IMG/VR virus record: IMGVR_UViG_3300031087_000497
From: an uncultured virus (IMG/VR IMGVR_UViG_3300031087_000497)
Taxonomy: Duplodnaviria > Heunggongvirae > Uroviricota > Caudoviricetes
Length of the DNA stretch: 64,000 nucleotides
Strand: one strand, 5' to 3'
Below the pieces are notes generated by a model. That model saw only the letters and a list, made by a program, of their open reading frames with translations. It had not been told where the DNA came from and did not search any database. Within the stretch, counting starts at the first letter, position 1. Each line of letters starts with the position of its first letter. Below are positions 1 to 9,334 of this stretch, piece by piece. Position numbers and translations under genes: made by a program.

Positions 1-88
1 AAAGGGCGCTGTGCTGTCCCTTCCCCAAAACGCCATGCTTAGGTGGCGCGCGGTTTGCGGCGGTGCGTTTTTCCTGAGTGGATTTAAA

Positions 89-111
89 AATAGCGTTTGT
101 ATTGTATTTTG
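89..111 (-). promoter_or_regulatory. Putative repressor operator (AAACGCTATT motif)
   Basis: Reverse complement reads CAAAATACAATACAAACGCTATT, matching copies at 3653, 13867, 49249 and 53931. Confidence 0.55.
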
Positions 112-148
112 CGTAAATTGTGTGGAGTACACCTACGGAATCTTGAGC

Positions 149-625
149 ATGAATTTAGAAGTCTATGAGGGCGCGACGACCGCGAAGGAGGCGGTAGACG
201 CGGGGAAACGAGCACGTCAGCAGCGGTTTAGTTTGTACACGGACCTGCATAGTCCCAAGGGTGTGCGATCGCTGTTTGCGCACCTGCCGCACGAAAAATG
301 CCTCGCGTTGGCCAACCAGATCACCCAGGCGATGCAGGCCAAGGGAGGCTTTCCAGAATTCTTGGCTCGCAAGGTGGAAGAGGCGGCGGGCCTGCCTTTT
401 GGCTACCTCGATCAGCCTTATCCGTACCCTCAATTGCGCGCCTCTTTGTCCAGGGCGCGCCGCCTGAAACGTATGGCAGATGGTAGGGGAGATGCAGCGG
501 TGGAGGCCATCGGCAGACGCAATTTTGAGCAGCTGGAGCAGGCCTGTTACGGCTTCAGAGGGGTGTCTGAAGAGTTCTACGAAAAGGCGCGGAAAAAGCT
601 CAAAAAACTTGCCAGGGAGGGATGA
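149..625 (+). CDS. Hypothetical protein, possible phage repressor-like DNA-binding protein
   Basis: ARKVEEAAGLPFGYLD resembles the end of phage repressor HTH domains; operator-like motif upstream. Confidence 0.45.
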   Translation: MNLEVYEGATTAKEAVDAGKRARQQRFSLYTDLHSPKGVRSLFAHLPHEKCLALANQITQAMQAKGGFPEFLARKVEEAAGLPFGYLDQPYPYPQLRASLSRARRLKRMADGRGDAAVEAIGRRNFEQLEQACYGFRGVSEEFYEKARKKLKKLAREG

Positions 626-629
626 TTTT

Positions 630-662
630 TTGACACCTGTTCAAACGAACAGTATTTACAAT
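630..662 (+). promoter_or_regulatory. Sigma70 promoter with LexA (SOS) box
   Basis: TTGACA 630-635 followed by CTGTTCAAACGAACAG 637-652 (CTGT-N8-ACAG); the -10 is ambiguous (TATTTA 653 or TACAAT 657). Confidence 0.7.
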
Positions 663-751
663 GTCCGGGGATGCAGCGTTAATTGACGCCACTGGGATGT
701 CACTTTAGTGGTACGGCGTCCTGTTTTTCCGTGATTACCTAAATTTGAGGC

Positions 752-794
752 AAAAAAAAGAACCCGGGCGCCTGCAAGCGGAGGTTCTTTTTTT
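752..794. terminator. Bidirectional intrinsic terminator-like hairpin
   Basis: AAAAAAAGAACC ... GGTTCTTTTTTT inverted repeat. Confidence 0.55.
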
Positions 795-1030
795 CGACAC
801 TACGATGCACAGACCATTCGTACCACCAAGCCTTCCATGCTATGGGCCTGCTTTTTTCAAAGCGCTCAGCCGTGGAGTTCGTAAACCAACCTGCAAGCAG
901 GAGGGTTAGCGCACCGTGCCCGAACTCTATCATAATTGGATCCCACGCAAAGCCCCCCGAGGCATTGCATTTGCGCTTGTCCACAAAAAGCGCGATCAGT
1001 CCACAATTTCGCCCCTGTTCATCCAACCAG

Positions 1031-1059
1031 TTGCACGCACTCGTGATGCTCGGTATCGT
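1031..1059 (+). promoter_or_regulatory. Promoter for c4 region
   Basis: TTGCAC-17bp-TATCGT. Confidence 0.55.
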
Positions 1060-1090
1060 CTGCCCGTCGCTGCAAATTCAGCGACCGGGT

Positions 1091-1113
1091 TTGGTCACCT
1101 GGTATGCAAAAGG
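1091..1113 (+). promoter_or_regulatory. C4 target site a1-b1
   Basis: TTGGTCA 1091-1097 and GCAAAAGG 1106-1113, complementary to the C4 loops; followed by a GCGCC..GGCGC-T7 hairpin. Confidence 0.8.
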
Positions 1114-1172
1114 CGCACAAGCGCCCCTATCACGATTGCAGGCGCTTTTTTTGTGCCCGCAGTTCCGTGTTA

Positions 1173-1249
1173 TGGCGGCTGTGCGTGGGGCGCCCTCGGG
1201 CGCGCCGGGTTCCTTTTGCCCCGGTTGACCAACCTGCGCACAGCTGCCA
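1173..1249 (+). ncRNA. c4: C4-type antisense RNA
   Basis: 77-nt cloverleaf closed by TGGCGGCTGTGCG/CGCACAGCTGCCA; carries b' CCTTTTGC (1212-1219) and a' TGACCAA (1226-1232). Confidence 0.85.
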
Positions 1250-1258
1250 CCCATTCGT

Positions 1259-1292
1259 TTGGTCACGAACGTGTCAGCTTCTTTGCAAAAGG
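1259..1292 (+). promoter_or_regulatory. C4 target site a2-b2 overlapping an RBS
   Basis: TTGGTCA 1259-1265, GCAAAAGG 1285-1292 overlapping AAGGAG before ATG 1304. Confidence 0.8.
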
Positions 1293-1303
1293 AGCGTCAC
1301 CCC

Positions 1304-1420
1304 ATGCCCGCCCTCAATCCGCCCAAAATTTGCGCTTACGTCCCTTGTCGCCTGGCTCCCACCTGGCGCGCTATCTCTGCGTGCGTTTTGAGCGGGGAGG
1401 GGCGGACATGGGCCTTCTGA
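1304..1420 (+). CDS. 38-aa C4-controlled leader ORF (icd position)
   Basis: ATG after AAGGAG; MPALNPPKICAYVPCRLAPTWRAISACVLSGEGRTWAF; overlaps next start. Confidence 0.5.
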   Translation: MPALNPPKICAYVPCRLAPTWRAISACVLSGEGRTWAF

Positions 1421-1683
1421 AATCCCCCAAAGCTACCCTGTCGGCATCTGATCACAACGCCGAGGCCGCAGCGCCTGGCCATGACGATGTGCCTCCCACC
1501 GTTACGTTGGCCCTCGACGAAGCCAGCTACGACGCACTGCTCGATGCGCTGGCCGAGTTGAAAGAATTTCACGAGTTGGAAACCAGCCCTGGGCGTGCGT
1601 CCTGGCTGGGAGAAATCCTTGAGGACTTCGCGGGGACCATTGCCCGCCTTGAGCCTCCCGACGAGCGAGCGCCTCCCATGTAG
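1408..1683 (+). CDS. Acidic 91-aa hypothetical protein (antirepressor position)
   Basis: GGGGAGG RBS then ATG 1408; C-terminal part of ORF 916-1683. Confidence 0.6.
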   Translation: MGLLKSPKATLSASDHNAEAAAPGHDDVPPTVTLALDEASYDALLDALAELKEFHELETSPGRASWLGEILEDFAGTIARLEPPDERAPPM

Positions 1684-1699
1684 ACCTGGATCGCAGAAA

Positions 1700-1831
1700 C
1701 CAAAAAGCCCCCGCCTTTTGAGGGCAGGGCTTTTTGGAAAACTTAGAATAGGTCCAACTTTGAAGAGAACCGACCTGTTCACACCATTACAACGGTGAGC
1801 CGATTATGGCTGGCACCTCGGGGTCGTGCAA
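1700..1831 (-). ncRNA. Antisense copy-control RNA of the ColE2-type replicon with its promoter
   Basis: Minus-strand TTGCAC(1826-1831)-17bp-CATAAT(1803-1808); terminator hairpin CCAAAAAGCCC..GGGCTTTTTGG 1700-1737; lies in the rep leader. Confidence 0.65.
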
Positions 1832-1876
1832 CCCGAGAAAAGCCAATAGTTTGCTCACCGCCGAGAGGCGTTGAAC

Positions 1877-3136
1877 ATGGAATCAACCTCAATAACCCAC
1901 GTAGTGCCTATCAAGGCCGGTGGCCACCGCCTTGATAACAAGGCTGTAGAAAGCCTGTATTCACCGTCGGTGAGGTTCTACGAGGAAAGCACCGCCCTCA
2001 GTCGTGTGCTGATTGAAGCCCCGTATCTCGCACGTTGCAGCGATAACAAGACCGCTGCGCTGGTCCGTCCCCGCGAATACGCTATCCGCTACCCCTACAT
2101 GCAGATCAACCGCCCTGGGATGGTGTCGTGGTTGATCTTCGACCTCGATCACACCAACGCCTTGGCGTGGGATGACGCGGGCCTACCGGCGCCGAACCTG
2201 ATCGTGCGCAATAGGAACAACGGCCACTCCCACCTCTTTTATGCCATACCCCCGGTCTGCACGACCGAGAACGCCCGCGACAAGCCTATTCAGTACATGA
2301 AGGCGGTTTACTCTGCGTTCGCGCAGCGCCTGAATGCCGACACCGACTACAACAGCGGGCCGGTGGCCAAGACCCCTGGCCATCCGTGGTGGTCGACCAC
2401 CGAGCTGCACAACCGCGTCTATGACCTCGGCGAACTGGCCGACTACGTGGAGCTTGAAGTGACGCCCTGGAGGAAGGGGCCAGCGATCGAGGATCTTGCG
2501 CACTCCCGGCACGTCATTCTGTTCACCCAGCTGCGTTACTACGCGTACAGCATCGTCAGCCGTGAGCGCGAGCGGGGGACGTTCAGCTCTTTCAACCGCC
2601 TGCTGGAAGCCTTTGCGCACAACCACAACACGTTCGCTCGCAATGGCTTCACCGAGGACTTAATGCTGTCCTCGCTGCGGGCCTCCGTCAGGTCCGTCGC
2701 CCGCTGGGTGTGGGCGAAGTACTTCGGCAGCTCCCGGTGCTGCCGTGGCGCGATGGCCCTGGACAGCTCGCTGCCCCTGGCCGAACGCCAAAGCCTGGCG
2801 GCCAAGCGCACACACCAACTACGCCACAAGGCGACTGAATCCAAGATCCGCGCCGCGTGCATGGGCCTTCGCGAGCGTGGCCAGAAGCTCACGCAAGCCG
2901 CAATTGCGGCCCTTGCGGGCATCTCCCGGCAGACGGTGGCCAAGTATGGCCACGTCCTGGTTGCCGCCGCTCGCCCGCTGCCGATCGCTGACCTGGGCGC
3001 CGCGCGCCTGGCCAAAGCTGGGCAGTCGATCCGCCCAGCCGCAGGCGTTAAGCATGGTGCACATCAGGTAACAGCCCCGCTAGGGGCGCCGTTGGATCCA
3101 ATCCTTACAAAGTCTGAAAGTGAAGATTCCTCATAG
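1877..3136 (+). CDS. repA: ColE2/pPT23A-type replication initiator (Replicase + PriCT primase + HTH)
   Basis: YPYMQIN..WLIFDLDH, PNLIVRNRNNGHSHLFYAI, KTPGHPWW motifs; C-terminal HTH (TQAAIAALAGISRQTV). Confidence 0.9.
   Translation: MESTSITHVVPIKAGGHRLDNKAVESLYSPSVRFYEESTALSRVLIEAPYLARCSDNKTAALVRPREYAIRYPYMQINRPGMVSWLIFDLDHTNALAWDDAGLPAPNLIVRNRNNGHSHLFYAIPPVCTTENARDKPIQYMKAVYSAFAQRLNADTDYNSGPVAKTPGHPWWSTTELHNRVYDLGELADYVELEVTPWRKGPAIEDLAHSRHVILFTQLRYYAYSIVSRERERGTFSSFNRLLEAFAHNHNTFARNGFTEDLMLSSLRASVRSVARWVWAKYFGSSRCCRGAMALDSSLPLAERQSLAAKRTHQLRHKATESKIRAACMGLRERGQKLTQAAIAALAGISRQTVAKYGHVLVAAARPLPIADLGAARLAKAGQSIRPAAGVKHGAHQVTAPLGAPLDPILTKSESEDSS
3045..3078 (+). other. Putative ColE2-type replication origin inside rep 3' end
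   Basis: ATCAGGTAACAGC 3063-3075 resembles the ColE2 ori core ATCAGATAACAGC. Confidence 0.6.
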
Positions 3137-3228
3137 TGCTGGGGAGTGGTGAGTGACTACCGCCTGAGCCCAGCCCATGAAGCTGATCGACGGCGCCTGA
3201 AGCAATTGAACGCGTAGGCAGGTGAGCA

Positions 3229-3642
3229 ATGGACGGAAGAAGCAAGACAGTCGGGGAAAAGCGTTGGCACGACACCGTGGCGGATGTGTGTGGGTGCATC
3301 TGCTGCATCTTGGATGGTCGGCCCAGAAACTACGAAGAGCAGGCCTATGTGTCGATTCACCACTGCGATGGCAGGACCAAGAAGCACGCGCACTGGTATG
3401 TCCTGCCGCTGTGCGCTGGCCACCACCAGGCGGGTACCGGGCCGCTCAAGACGATGATCGCGGTGCACCCGAACAAAGCCAGGTTCATTGAAGAGTACGC
3501 GCGGGAAATTGTGCTGGTTGAAGCGTGCGTGCAGATGGTGGAGCGGGCGGGTCGGGATGTTCCGGTGGAAGTACGGGCGTTGTTGGCCAAGTGGTACGCG
3601 AGTCAGCAGTACCAGGAGCACGAGAACAGAGGGGCCGCGTAA
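3229..3642 (+). CDS. ref: Ref-family RecA-dependent nuclease (recombination enhancement function)
   Basis: GCICC, SIHHCDGRT, VLPLCAGHHQ, AVHPNKARF motifs. Confidence 0.85.
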   Translation: MDGRSKTVGEKRWHDTVADVCGCICCILDGRPRNYEEQAYVSIHHCDGRTKKHAHWYVLPLCAGHHQAGTGPLKTMIAVHPNKARFIEEYAREIVLVEACVQMVERAGRDVPVEVRALLAKWYASQQYQEHENRGAA

Positions 3643-3652
3643 ACGGGAACGT

Positions 3653-3706
3653 CATAAAAACATAGAAACGCTATTGTGTTGTTATGCCGTTGTGTCATTA
3701 TGTCGT
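3653..3706 (+). promoter_or_regulatory. Early promoter/operator, copy 1
   Basis: 54-bp ungapped near-duplicate of 13867-13920; CATAAAAACATAGAAACGCTATTGT ... TGnCATTAT. Confidence 0.75.
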
Positions 3707-3735
3707 AGACGGTTTAACAATTCAGGGCTCAGCCA

Positions 3736-4113
3736 ATGAATCCACCGCAGATTTTGATCATCAGTCGGTTCGCAGCAGGCGTATTGCTCGCCCGGCTCAG
3801 GTTCATGTCCTGCCCCCAGGCAATGCACGACACCTTCAATGAGGCTCAAGAGCCCCATTTCAGCGCTCAAGTTTGGGCGTTGGCTGCAACCGAGCTGGTT
3901 CAGCAGTTGGACGCAGGGCAGGGGGTGAGCATGGACCGCGTGAATGCGGTGATTCTGGTCGAGGCACTGGAAGGCAGCAGTCTTGGGGCAGCTAACCAAG
4001 CAGGGCGGCGGGAAGTTGCTGCGTTATTGGCCAAGCGCCTGGAACCGTACGTAGGGCGCCGGGTGATGCTCGATATCCCCCAAGCCAAGACTGAACCTCA
4101 CAGCGTGAAGTAA
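3736..4113 (+). CDS. Hypothetical protein
   Basis: First ORF after the promoter. Confidence 0.65.
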   Translation: MNPPQILIISRFAAGVLLARLRFMSCPQAMHDTFNEAQEPHFSAQVWALAATELVQQLDAGQGVSMDRVNAVILVEALEGSSLGAANQAGRREVAALLAKRLEPYVGRRVMLDIPQAKTEPHSVK

Positions 4114-4124
4114 GGAGTAACACC

Positions 4125-4895
4125 ATGTCCGCAGCGCGAAACAAGACATTTGAAGAGGTGCTGACCGAGCAGGTCATCGCGTTTTCTGAGAGCGCTCGCC
4201 CCGGCGAAATCATCACCGCCAGCGTTGAACGGCTGTTTACTGACGTCGTAAAGGAAGTGCTGAGCCCACATAGCAGTTTTGGCACCCGGATTAAGGAAGA
4301 AATGGCCAACGCGCTGCCGTCGAACATTTCTAACGTGATGGCGCTGCCTCGATATAACGACCTGATTGTCACCGCGCTGAAACAGCACCTTTCAAGCGCT
4401 GGGGTCACTGGCGATTTACTCCGTCGCGCTGAACAGGCCATTGATGAGGTGTTACGTGACGAGGTTATTCCTGAGTTTGTGAGCCTCACCGAGCTGCTGG
4501 ACGCGTTCATTCAAGTGCATCAGGAAAAGGCGGCGGAAAGAGGTTGGTTTGTTCCGCACATCACCCTGATGGAGGGCGGAAGTGCGCGAGCCAGGACAAT
4601 CCATGTGCTATTCGATGCCGAGCCTGAGATTGCCTACCGGGAGCGCCACGGGCTGCACGAGCGTACCCGTTCCGAAATGGATTATTCCAACAGCCTGAGC
4701 GTGCGCATCACCGGCCATACCGATCGAGGTTTTGAGAGCGGTGAGGTGCGCGCGGCAATGTTGGAAGGTCAGCCAATCGGTCGCCATTTCTCAATGACGA
4801 CGAAGTGGCAAAAGTTGGTCGCCGCCCTCTATTTCGGCGCTTCAAAGCTGATCATCGACTGCAAAGAAGACGATTTTACCTACGGTAACGAGTAA
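4125..4895 (+). CDS. Hypothetical phage protein
   Basis: 256-aa ORF with TAAGGAG RBS. Confidence 0.75.
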   Translation: MSAARNKTFEEVLTEQVIAFSESARPGEIITASVERLFTDVVKEVLSPHSSFGTRIKEEMANALPSNISNVMALPRYNDLIVTALKQHLSSAGVTGDLLRRAEQAIDEVLRDEVIPEFVSLTELLDAFIQVHQEKAAERGWFVPHITLMEGGSARARTIHVLFDAEPEIAYRERHGLHERTRSEMDYSNSLSVRITGHTDRGFESGEVRAAMLEGQPIGRHFSMTTKWQKLVAALYFGASKLIIDCKEDDFTYGNE

Positions 4896-4949
4896 CCAAC
4901 CTGGTGCACCACAGGTTGGTGCGCCCCTTTCTCAAAGGGAGCTTCAAAA

Positions 4950-5957
4950 ATGCCGATTCGACACGCCATAGTGCATCTGATTGATAAAAAACCGGATGGC
5001 ACGCCTGCGGTACTGCACGCCCGTGATGCCGACCTGGCTGAATCCGCCGCGCTCGACAACATGCTGGCGGACCTCAACGAGAGCTACAACGCCAAGCAAG
5101 GCAAGGCTTGGGGATTCTTCCATGCCGAGTCCGGCGCGTACCCGTTCAGTGGGTGGTTGAAAGAGTACCTGACAGGGAAACAGGACTTCACCGGTTTCAG
5201 CCGCGAGGCCGTGGAACACCTCCAGCGATTGATGGAAGAGTCAAATCTCTCAACCGGTGGCCACGTACTTTTTGCGCACTATCAACAAGGCATGACCGAC
5301 TACCTGGCGATCGCTCTTCTGCACCACAGCGAAGGGGTAGCGGTGACCGACGAGCTGGACGTGATGCCCTCGCGCCATCTGGACCTGGGCCAGCTGCACC
5401 TGGCGGCGCGCATCAACGTCTCCGAGTGGCAGAGCAACCCCAACTCGAAACAGTACGTGTCCTTTATCAAGGGCAAGAACGGTCGCAAGGTATCGGAGTA
5501 CTTCCGTGACTTCATTGGCTGCCAGGAAGGCGTCGACGGCCCCGGCGAAACCCGCACCTTGCTCAAGGCGTTCACCGACTTCGTTGAAAGCTTAGACTTG
5601 CCCGATGAGTCCGCCCGCGAAAAGACCAAGACCCTGGTGGACTACGCCAGCAGCCAGACTCGCCTGGGCGAGACCATCAGCCTGGAAGAGTTGTCGGGGC
5701 TGATTGACGAGGATCGTCCAAAGGCGTTCTACGACCACATCCGCAACAAGGACTACGGCCTGTCACCTGAAATTCCAGCGGACAAACGCACCCTCAACAA
5801 ATTTCGCCGCTTCACCGGGCGCGCCGAAGGCTTGTCGATCAGCTTCGAAGCACACCTGTTGGGCGACAAGATTGAATTCGATGAAACGGGCGGCACGCTG
5901 ACTCTTCGCGGTTTGCCCCAGGCATTGACCGACCAACTCAAGCGGGCCAAGGCCTGA
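4950..5957 (+). CDS. yejK: Nucleoid-associated protein YejK/NdpA
   Basis: [54 protein letters not shown]. Confidence 0.92.
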   Translation: MPIRHAIVHLIDKKPDGTPAVLHARDADLAESAALDNMLADLNESYNAKQGKAWGFFHAESGAYPFSGWLKEYLTGKQDFTGFSREAVEHLQRLMEESNLSTGGHVLFAHYQQGMTDYLAIALLHHSEGVAVTDELDVMPSRHLDLGQLHLAARINVSEWQSNPNSKQYVSFIKGKNGRKVSEYFRDFIGCQEGVDGPGETRTLLKAFTDFVESLDLPDESAREKTKTLVDYASSQTRLGETISLEELSGLIDEDRPKAFYDHIRNKDYGLSPEIPADKRTLNKFRRFTGRAEGLSISFEAHLLGDKIEFDETGGTLTLRGLPQALTDQLKRAKA

Positions 5958-6009
5958 ACCATCAAAACGCCGCCCTGTAACGGGGGCGGCGCCTGTATTG
6001 GAGAACGCC

Positions 6010-6654
6010 ATGAATACTGAATGGAAGCTGGTACCGGTGGTTCCAACCTGGGAAATGCTGTCTGCCAGCGGCTGCACGGACCATCACCAGGGGCAGCACT
6101 GCCTGCATCACGAGAACCGCAAACGCATTTGGGCCGCCATGCTCGGTGCGGCCCCTGAGCCAATGCAGGCGTGGGCACGCCCGGTGGCCACCGTTCGCGG
6201 GCGTATGGAACCACAGGGCATTTGCTACGACCTGACACGCCAGACAGTCAGTCTGAAGGATGGCGAAGAGGTGAATCTGTACGCCTGGCCAACAGCTGCG
6301 GAAGAACTGGCCGCCGTCCTGCGCTGGCGCGGGCTGTACACCACCGCTATCAAAGAACGCAATTGCCTGACTTTGGCGGTTGCCGATCATTTTCGCGTAG
6401 ACCTGGGCAATGACGCACCCTGGGAGACCGCGCTGCAAGTGCTGGATGGTGACTTCGTCACGCAGTCGGACGCCGATCGGGAGTGTGACCGTCTGCGCGC
6501 CCAGTTGGCCGACCTGGTGACGCTGGGCTTCAACATGGTCGGTTCGTCTGGTGCGAAACGTAAGTACCACACCGAACTGCTGACATCCCGCCTTCATGAG
6601 TTAAAGGACGCCGTCGCTCCCGTAGCTGGTGCTGCTGTGGAGGGTGCCCGATGA
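6010..6654 (+). CDS. Hypothetical phage protein
   Basis: GGAG RBS; WKLVPVVPTWEML motif common in phage early proteins. Confidence 0.65.
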   Translation: MNTEWKLVPVVPTWEMLSASGCTDHHQGQHCLHHENRKRIWAAMLGAAPEPMQAWARPVATVRGRMEPQGICYDLTRQTVSLKDGEEVNLYAWPTAAEELAAVLRWRGLYTTAIKERNCLTLAVADHFRVDLGNDAPWETALQVLDGDFVTQSDADRECDRLRAQLADLVTLGFNMVGSSGAKRKYHTELLTSRLHELKDAVAPVAGAAVEGAR

Positions 6655-7013
6655 GCGACGTAGTGAATATTCAAATCAAGCAACTGTACCGCTGCGGCGA
6701 GTGCCGGGTAATTCACGACGATGAGGACGGCGCCAGGGAATGCTGTATGCCGTCGGTCCACACCATCTACGTGTGTCCTGTGTGCAACAGCCACCAGGAT
6801 GACCACGAAAAAGCAGTCAGCTGCTGCAACGTCGAAGGCATCAAGTGCCCCCAATGCTACCGCGACTACAGCTCGATATCGGTTCACTACGCCGCCATCA
6901 AGATCGCTGGGCACTGCAACACCTGCAATCCGCTGTTCACCATCGATCAACAGTTAGCTGTCCAGGATCTGCACTACCAGCAGACAGGCCAGCGCGTTCA
7001 CCTGCACGACTAA
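6651..7013 (+). CDS. Cys-rich zinc-binding hypothetical protein
   Basis: Four CxxC motifs; ATGA overlap. Confidence 0.7.
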   Translation: MSDVVNIQIKQLYRCGECRVIHDDEDGARECCMPSVHTIYVCPVCNSHQDDHEKAVSCCNVEGIKCPQCYRDYSSISVHYAAIKIAGHCNTCNPLFTIDQQLAVQDLHYQQTGQRVHLHD

Positions 7014-7027
7014 GCGCAGGAGGCCCA

Positions 7028-7240
7028 ATGAACATAAATATGACACCCGCATTCCCATGGACCTTTGAAGGGCTGACGTTTCGCAATCGTGCCGAGCTTG
7101 AAAGGGTCATCGAGCGCTTCGCCCAGGCCGGGCCTCGTGCCCATCTTGCTGCGGCAAACACGCTGCTACGGGAGGCGCTGGCTGAAAGCAAGCTGAGTGC
7201 CGACCAGTACACCGAGATCAAGGAAAGGTTGCACCTCTGA
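7028..7240 (+). CDS. Hypothetical protein
   Basis: AGGAGG RBS, ATG 7028. Confidence 0.6.
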   Translation: MNINMTPAFPWTFEGLTFRNRAELERVIERFAQAGPRAHLAAANTLLREALAESKLSADQYTEIKERLHL

Positions 7241-7332
7241 GCCCTCTAGCCCAGCAAAACCACGTTCGGGGTTGATCCCTGTTTTTGTCTACCGACGGTT
7301 GTTGCCGTAGTACTTCCTCAAGGAATCGCAAC

Positions 7333-9009
7333 ATGATGCTCAAGCGAACACTCACCCATTTCCATTTTTGCTGCGGCGTCGGTGGTGGAGCCAAAGGCTT
7401 CAACCGTGCAAAGCCCGTCGTCGGTAACGTTCAGGCTGAATGGGAGTGCATCGGCGGCGTTGATGTAGACCCTGCCGGACTGCGTGACTTCGAACGGTTA
7501 AGCGGTGTGAAAGGCACCTTGCTTGACTTGTTCACCCGTGATCAATACATCCGCTTCCATGGCAAGGAACCTCCGATGGGTTGGCGCGAGGCGACCCCTG
7601 AAGATATTCGCCGCGCAGCAGGCGGACGCAGACCAGACGCGGTATTCATCAGCAGTCCATGCAAGGGCGCGTCGGGTTTATTGTCCGAGTCGATGAGCCT
7701 GACACCGAAGTACCAGGCCCTAAACGAACTGACGCTGCGGTGCGTCTGGCTGATGTGCGAAGCCTGGAAGGATGACCCGGTATCGCTGATTGTTTTCGAG
7801 AACGTACCGCGCCTGGCTACCCGTGGCCGACACCTGCTGGACCAAATCAACAAGCTGTTGAACCACTACGGTTACGCGGTTGCGGAAACCACGCACGACT
7901 GTGGCGTCATCGGTGGCCTGGCGCAAAGCCGCAAGCGCTTTCTGCTGGTGGCCCGCCACATCGAGAAGGTGCCGCCATTCTTGTATGAACCTGAGAAAAA
8001 GACCCTCAAGTCTGTCGGATCAATCCTTGGCCGAATGCCTATGGCTGGTGATGTTGTAGCCGCTGGCCCTATGCACCGGGTTCCTGCACTGCAATGGAAA
8101 ACATGGGTGCGCTTGGCCCTGGTAGAAGCCGGTAAGGACTGGCGATGCCTGAATGATTTAGCGATCGAGGATGGCTACTTGCGCGACCTGGTCATTGTGC
8201 CGCGCTACCACGACAACGTGCTGGGTGTAACAGCGTGGGACGACACGGCAGGAGTAGTTGCCGGTGCGAGCAGGCCCATGAACGGCAAATACTCGGTAGC
8301 AGACCCACGGGCCAAGGCTGGAGCATTGCAATACCAGCAGTACGGCGTCCGCCGCTGGGATGAAACAAGCGGCGCGGTGATTGGCGTCAAATCGCCCGGA
8401 CAAGGGACATTCAGCGTTGCGGATCCCCGCGACCCCGGCATTGGGCACGCCAAGTACAACGTGGCCCAGTGGGATGGGATATCGCGCACGGTGATATCCG
8501 GTAGTACCACGGGCCAGGGTGCTTTCGCCGTCCAAGACCCGCGCCCAGGCATGAAACGCACCAAGGGCGATGCCTACCTCACTGCCGGGCACTACGGTAT
8601 TACCGCCTGGAACGATCAGTGCGGCGCCGTTTCCGCCAGCGCTCGCCAGGACAATGGCCGGTGGTCTGTCGCAGATCCGCGCATACCAGAAGCCAATGAG
8701 CGCCTTACCTGCGTCATTGAAAGCCTCGACGGCACCTGGCACCGCCCCTTCACCACCTTGGAGCTGGCCGCACTGCAAAGCTTGGTCGAGCCCGAAGAGC
8801 TGTTTGAACTGGACGGCCTGAGCGACCAAGCCTGGCGCGAGCGGATCGGAAATGCAGTTCCACCAGCCGCTGCCGAAGCAATAGCCCATGTGATGGGCAC
8901 CACCCTGCTGCTGGCCGAGGCCGGTGAAACCTTCATGCTCAACAGTATGCCGATTTGGGTTCAGCCTGTGGCAGTCGGCCTGAGCGTGTCGCAACGGGTG
9001 CAGTCATGA
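7333..9009 (+). CDS. DNA (cytosine-5) methyltransferase, orphan
   Basis: FCCGVGG motif I, SSPCKG motif IV, FENVP motif VI, QSRKR motif VIII, IGNAVPP motif X. Confidence 0.92.
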   Translation: MMLKRTLTHFHFCCGVGGGAKGFNRAKPVVGNVQAEWECIGGVDVDPAGLRDFERLSGVKGTLLDLFTRDQYIRFHGKEPPMGWREATPEDIRRAAGGRRPDAVFISSPCKGASGLLSESMSLTPKYQALNELTLRCVWLMCEAWKDDPVSLIVFENVPRLATRGRHLLDQINKLLNHYGYAVAETTHDCGVIGGLAQSRKRFLLVARHIEKVPPFLYEPEKKTLKSVGSILGRMPMAGDVVAAGPMHRVPALQWKTWVRLALVEAGKDWRCLNDLAIEDGYLRDLVIVPRYHDNVLGVTAWDDTAGVVAGASRPMNGKYSVADPRAKAGALQYQQYGVRRWDETSGAVIGVKSPGQGTFSVADPRDPGIGHAKYNVAQWDGISRTVISGSTTGQGAFAVQDPRPGMKRTKGDAYLTAGHYGITAWNDQCGAVSASARQDNGRWSVADPRIPEANERLTCVIESLDGTWHRPFTTLELAALQSLVEPEELFELDGLSDQAWRERIGNAVPPAAAEAIAHVMGTTLLLAEAGETFMLNSMPIWVQPVAVGLSVSQRVQS

Positions 9010-9332
9010 GCGGACAAGGTGAGCCCCGCAAGGGGTTTGGGTCGAATGGCACCACGTTTCACGTTCACCTGGACGTGCGGGGCGCGCTGCGCGACTTAAA
9101 AAAAAGCCAGCTCAAAGGATTGTTTCGCTTTGAGGATGGCCGGGCGTGTACCGCCGAGGAAGCACGGGAGCATCTGTGCGAATGCCTGGCCCAGGGCAAG
9201 AACGTTTTGCCGTTCGGGCCGCCCTGTGAGGGCTTCGATTTTGCGGGCGGTGGGTGTCCTGGCCACGACCATGCGGCACCTGCTGACCCATTCACCGCTG
9301 TACCAACCCCATCAGCATCACAAGGAGTATGA
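9006..9332 (+). CDS. Hypothetical protein
   Basis: ATGA-coupled to the methyltransferase. Confidence 0.65.
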   Translation: MSGQGEPRKGFGSNGTTFHVHLDVRGALRDLKKSQLKGLFRFEDGRACTAEEAREHLCECLAQGKNVLPFGPPCEGFDFAGGGCPGHDHAAPADPFTAVPTPSASQGV

Positions 9333-9334
9333 CC

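Noticed and set aside
916..1683. 255-aa ORF resembling 'ash family' proteins
   Set aside because: Its middle is the C4 RNA and target sites read as protein; the RBS evidence favours starts at 1304 and 1408
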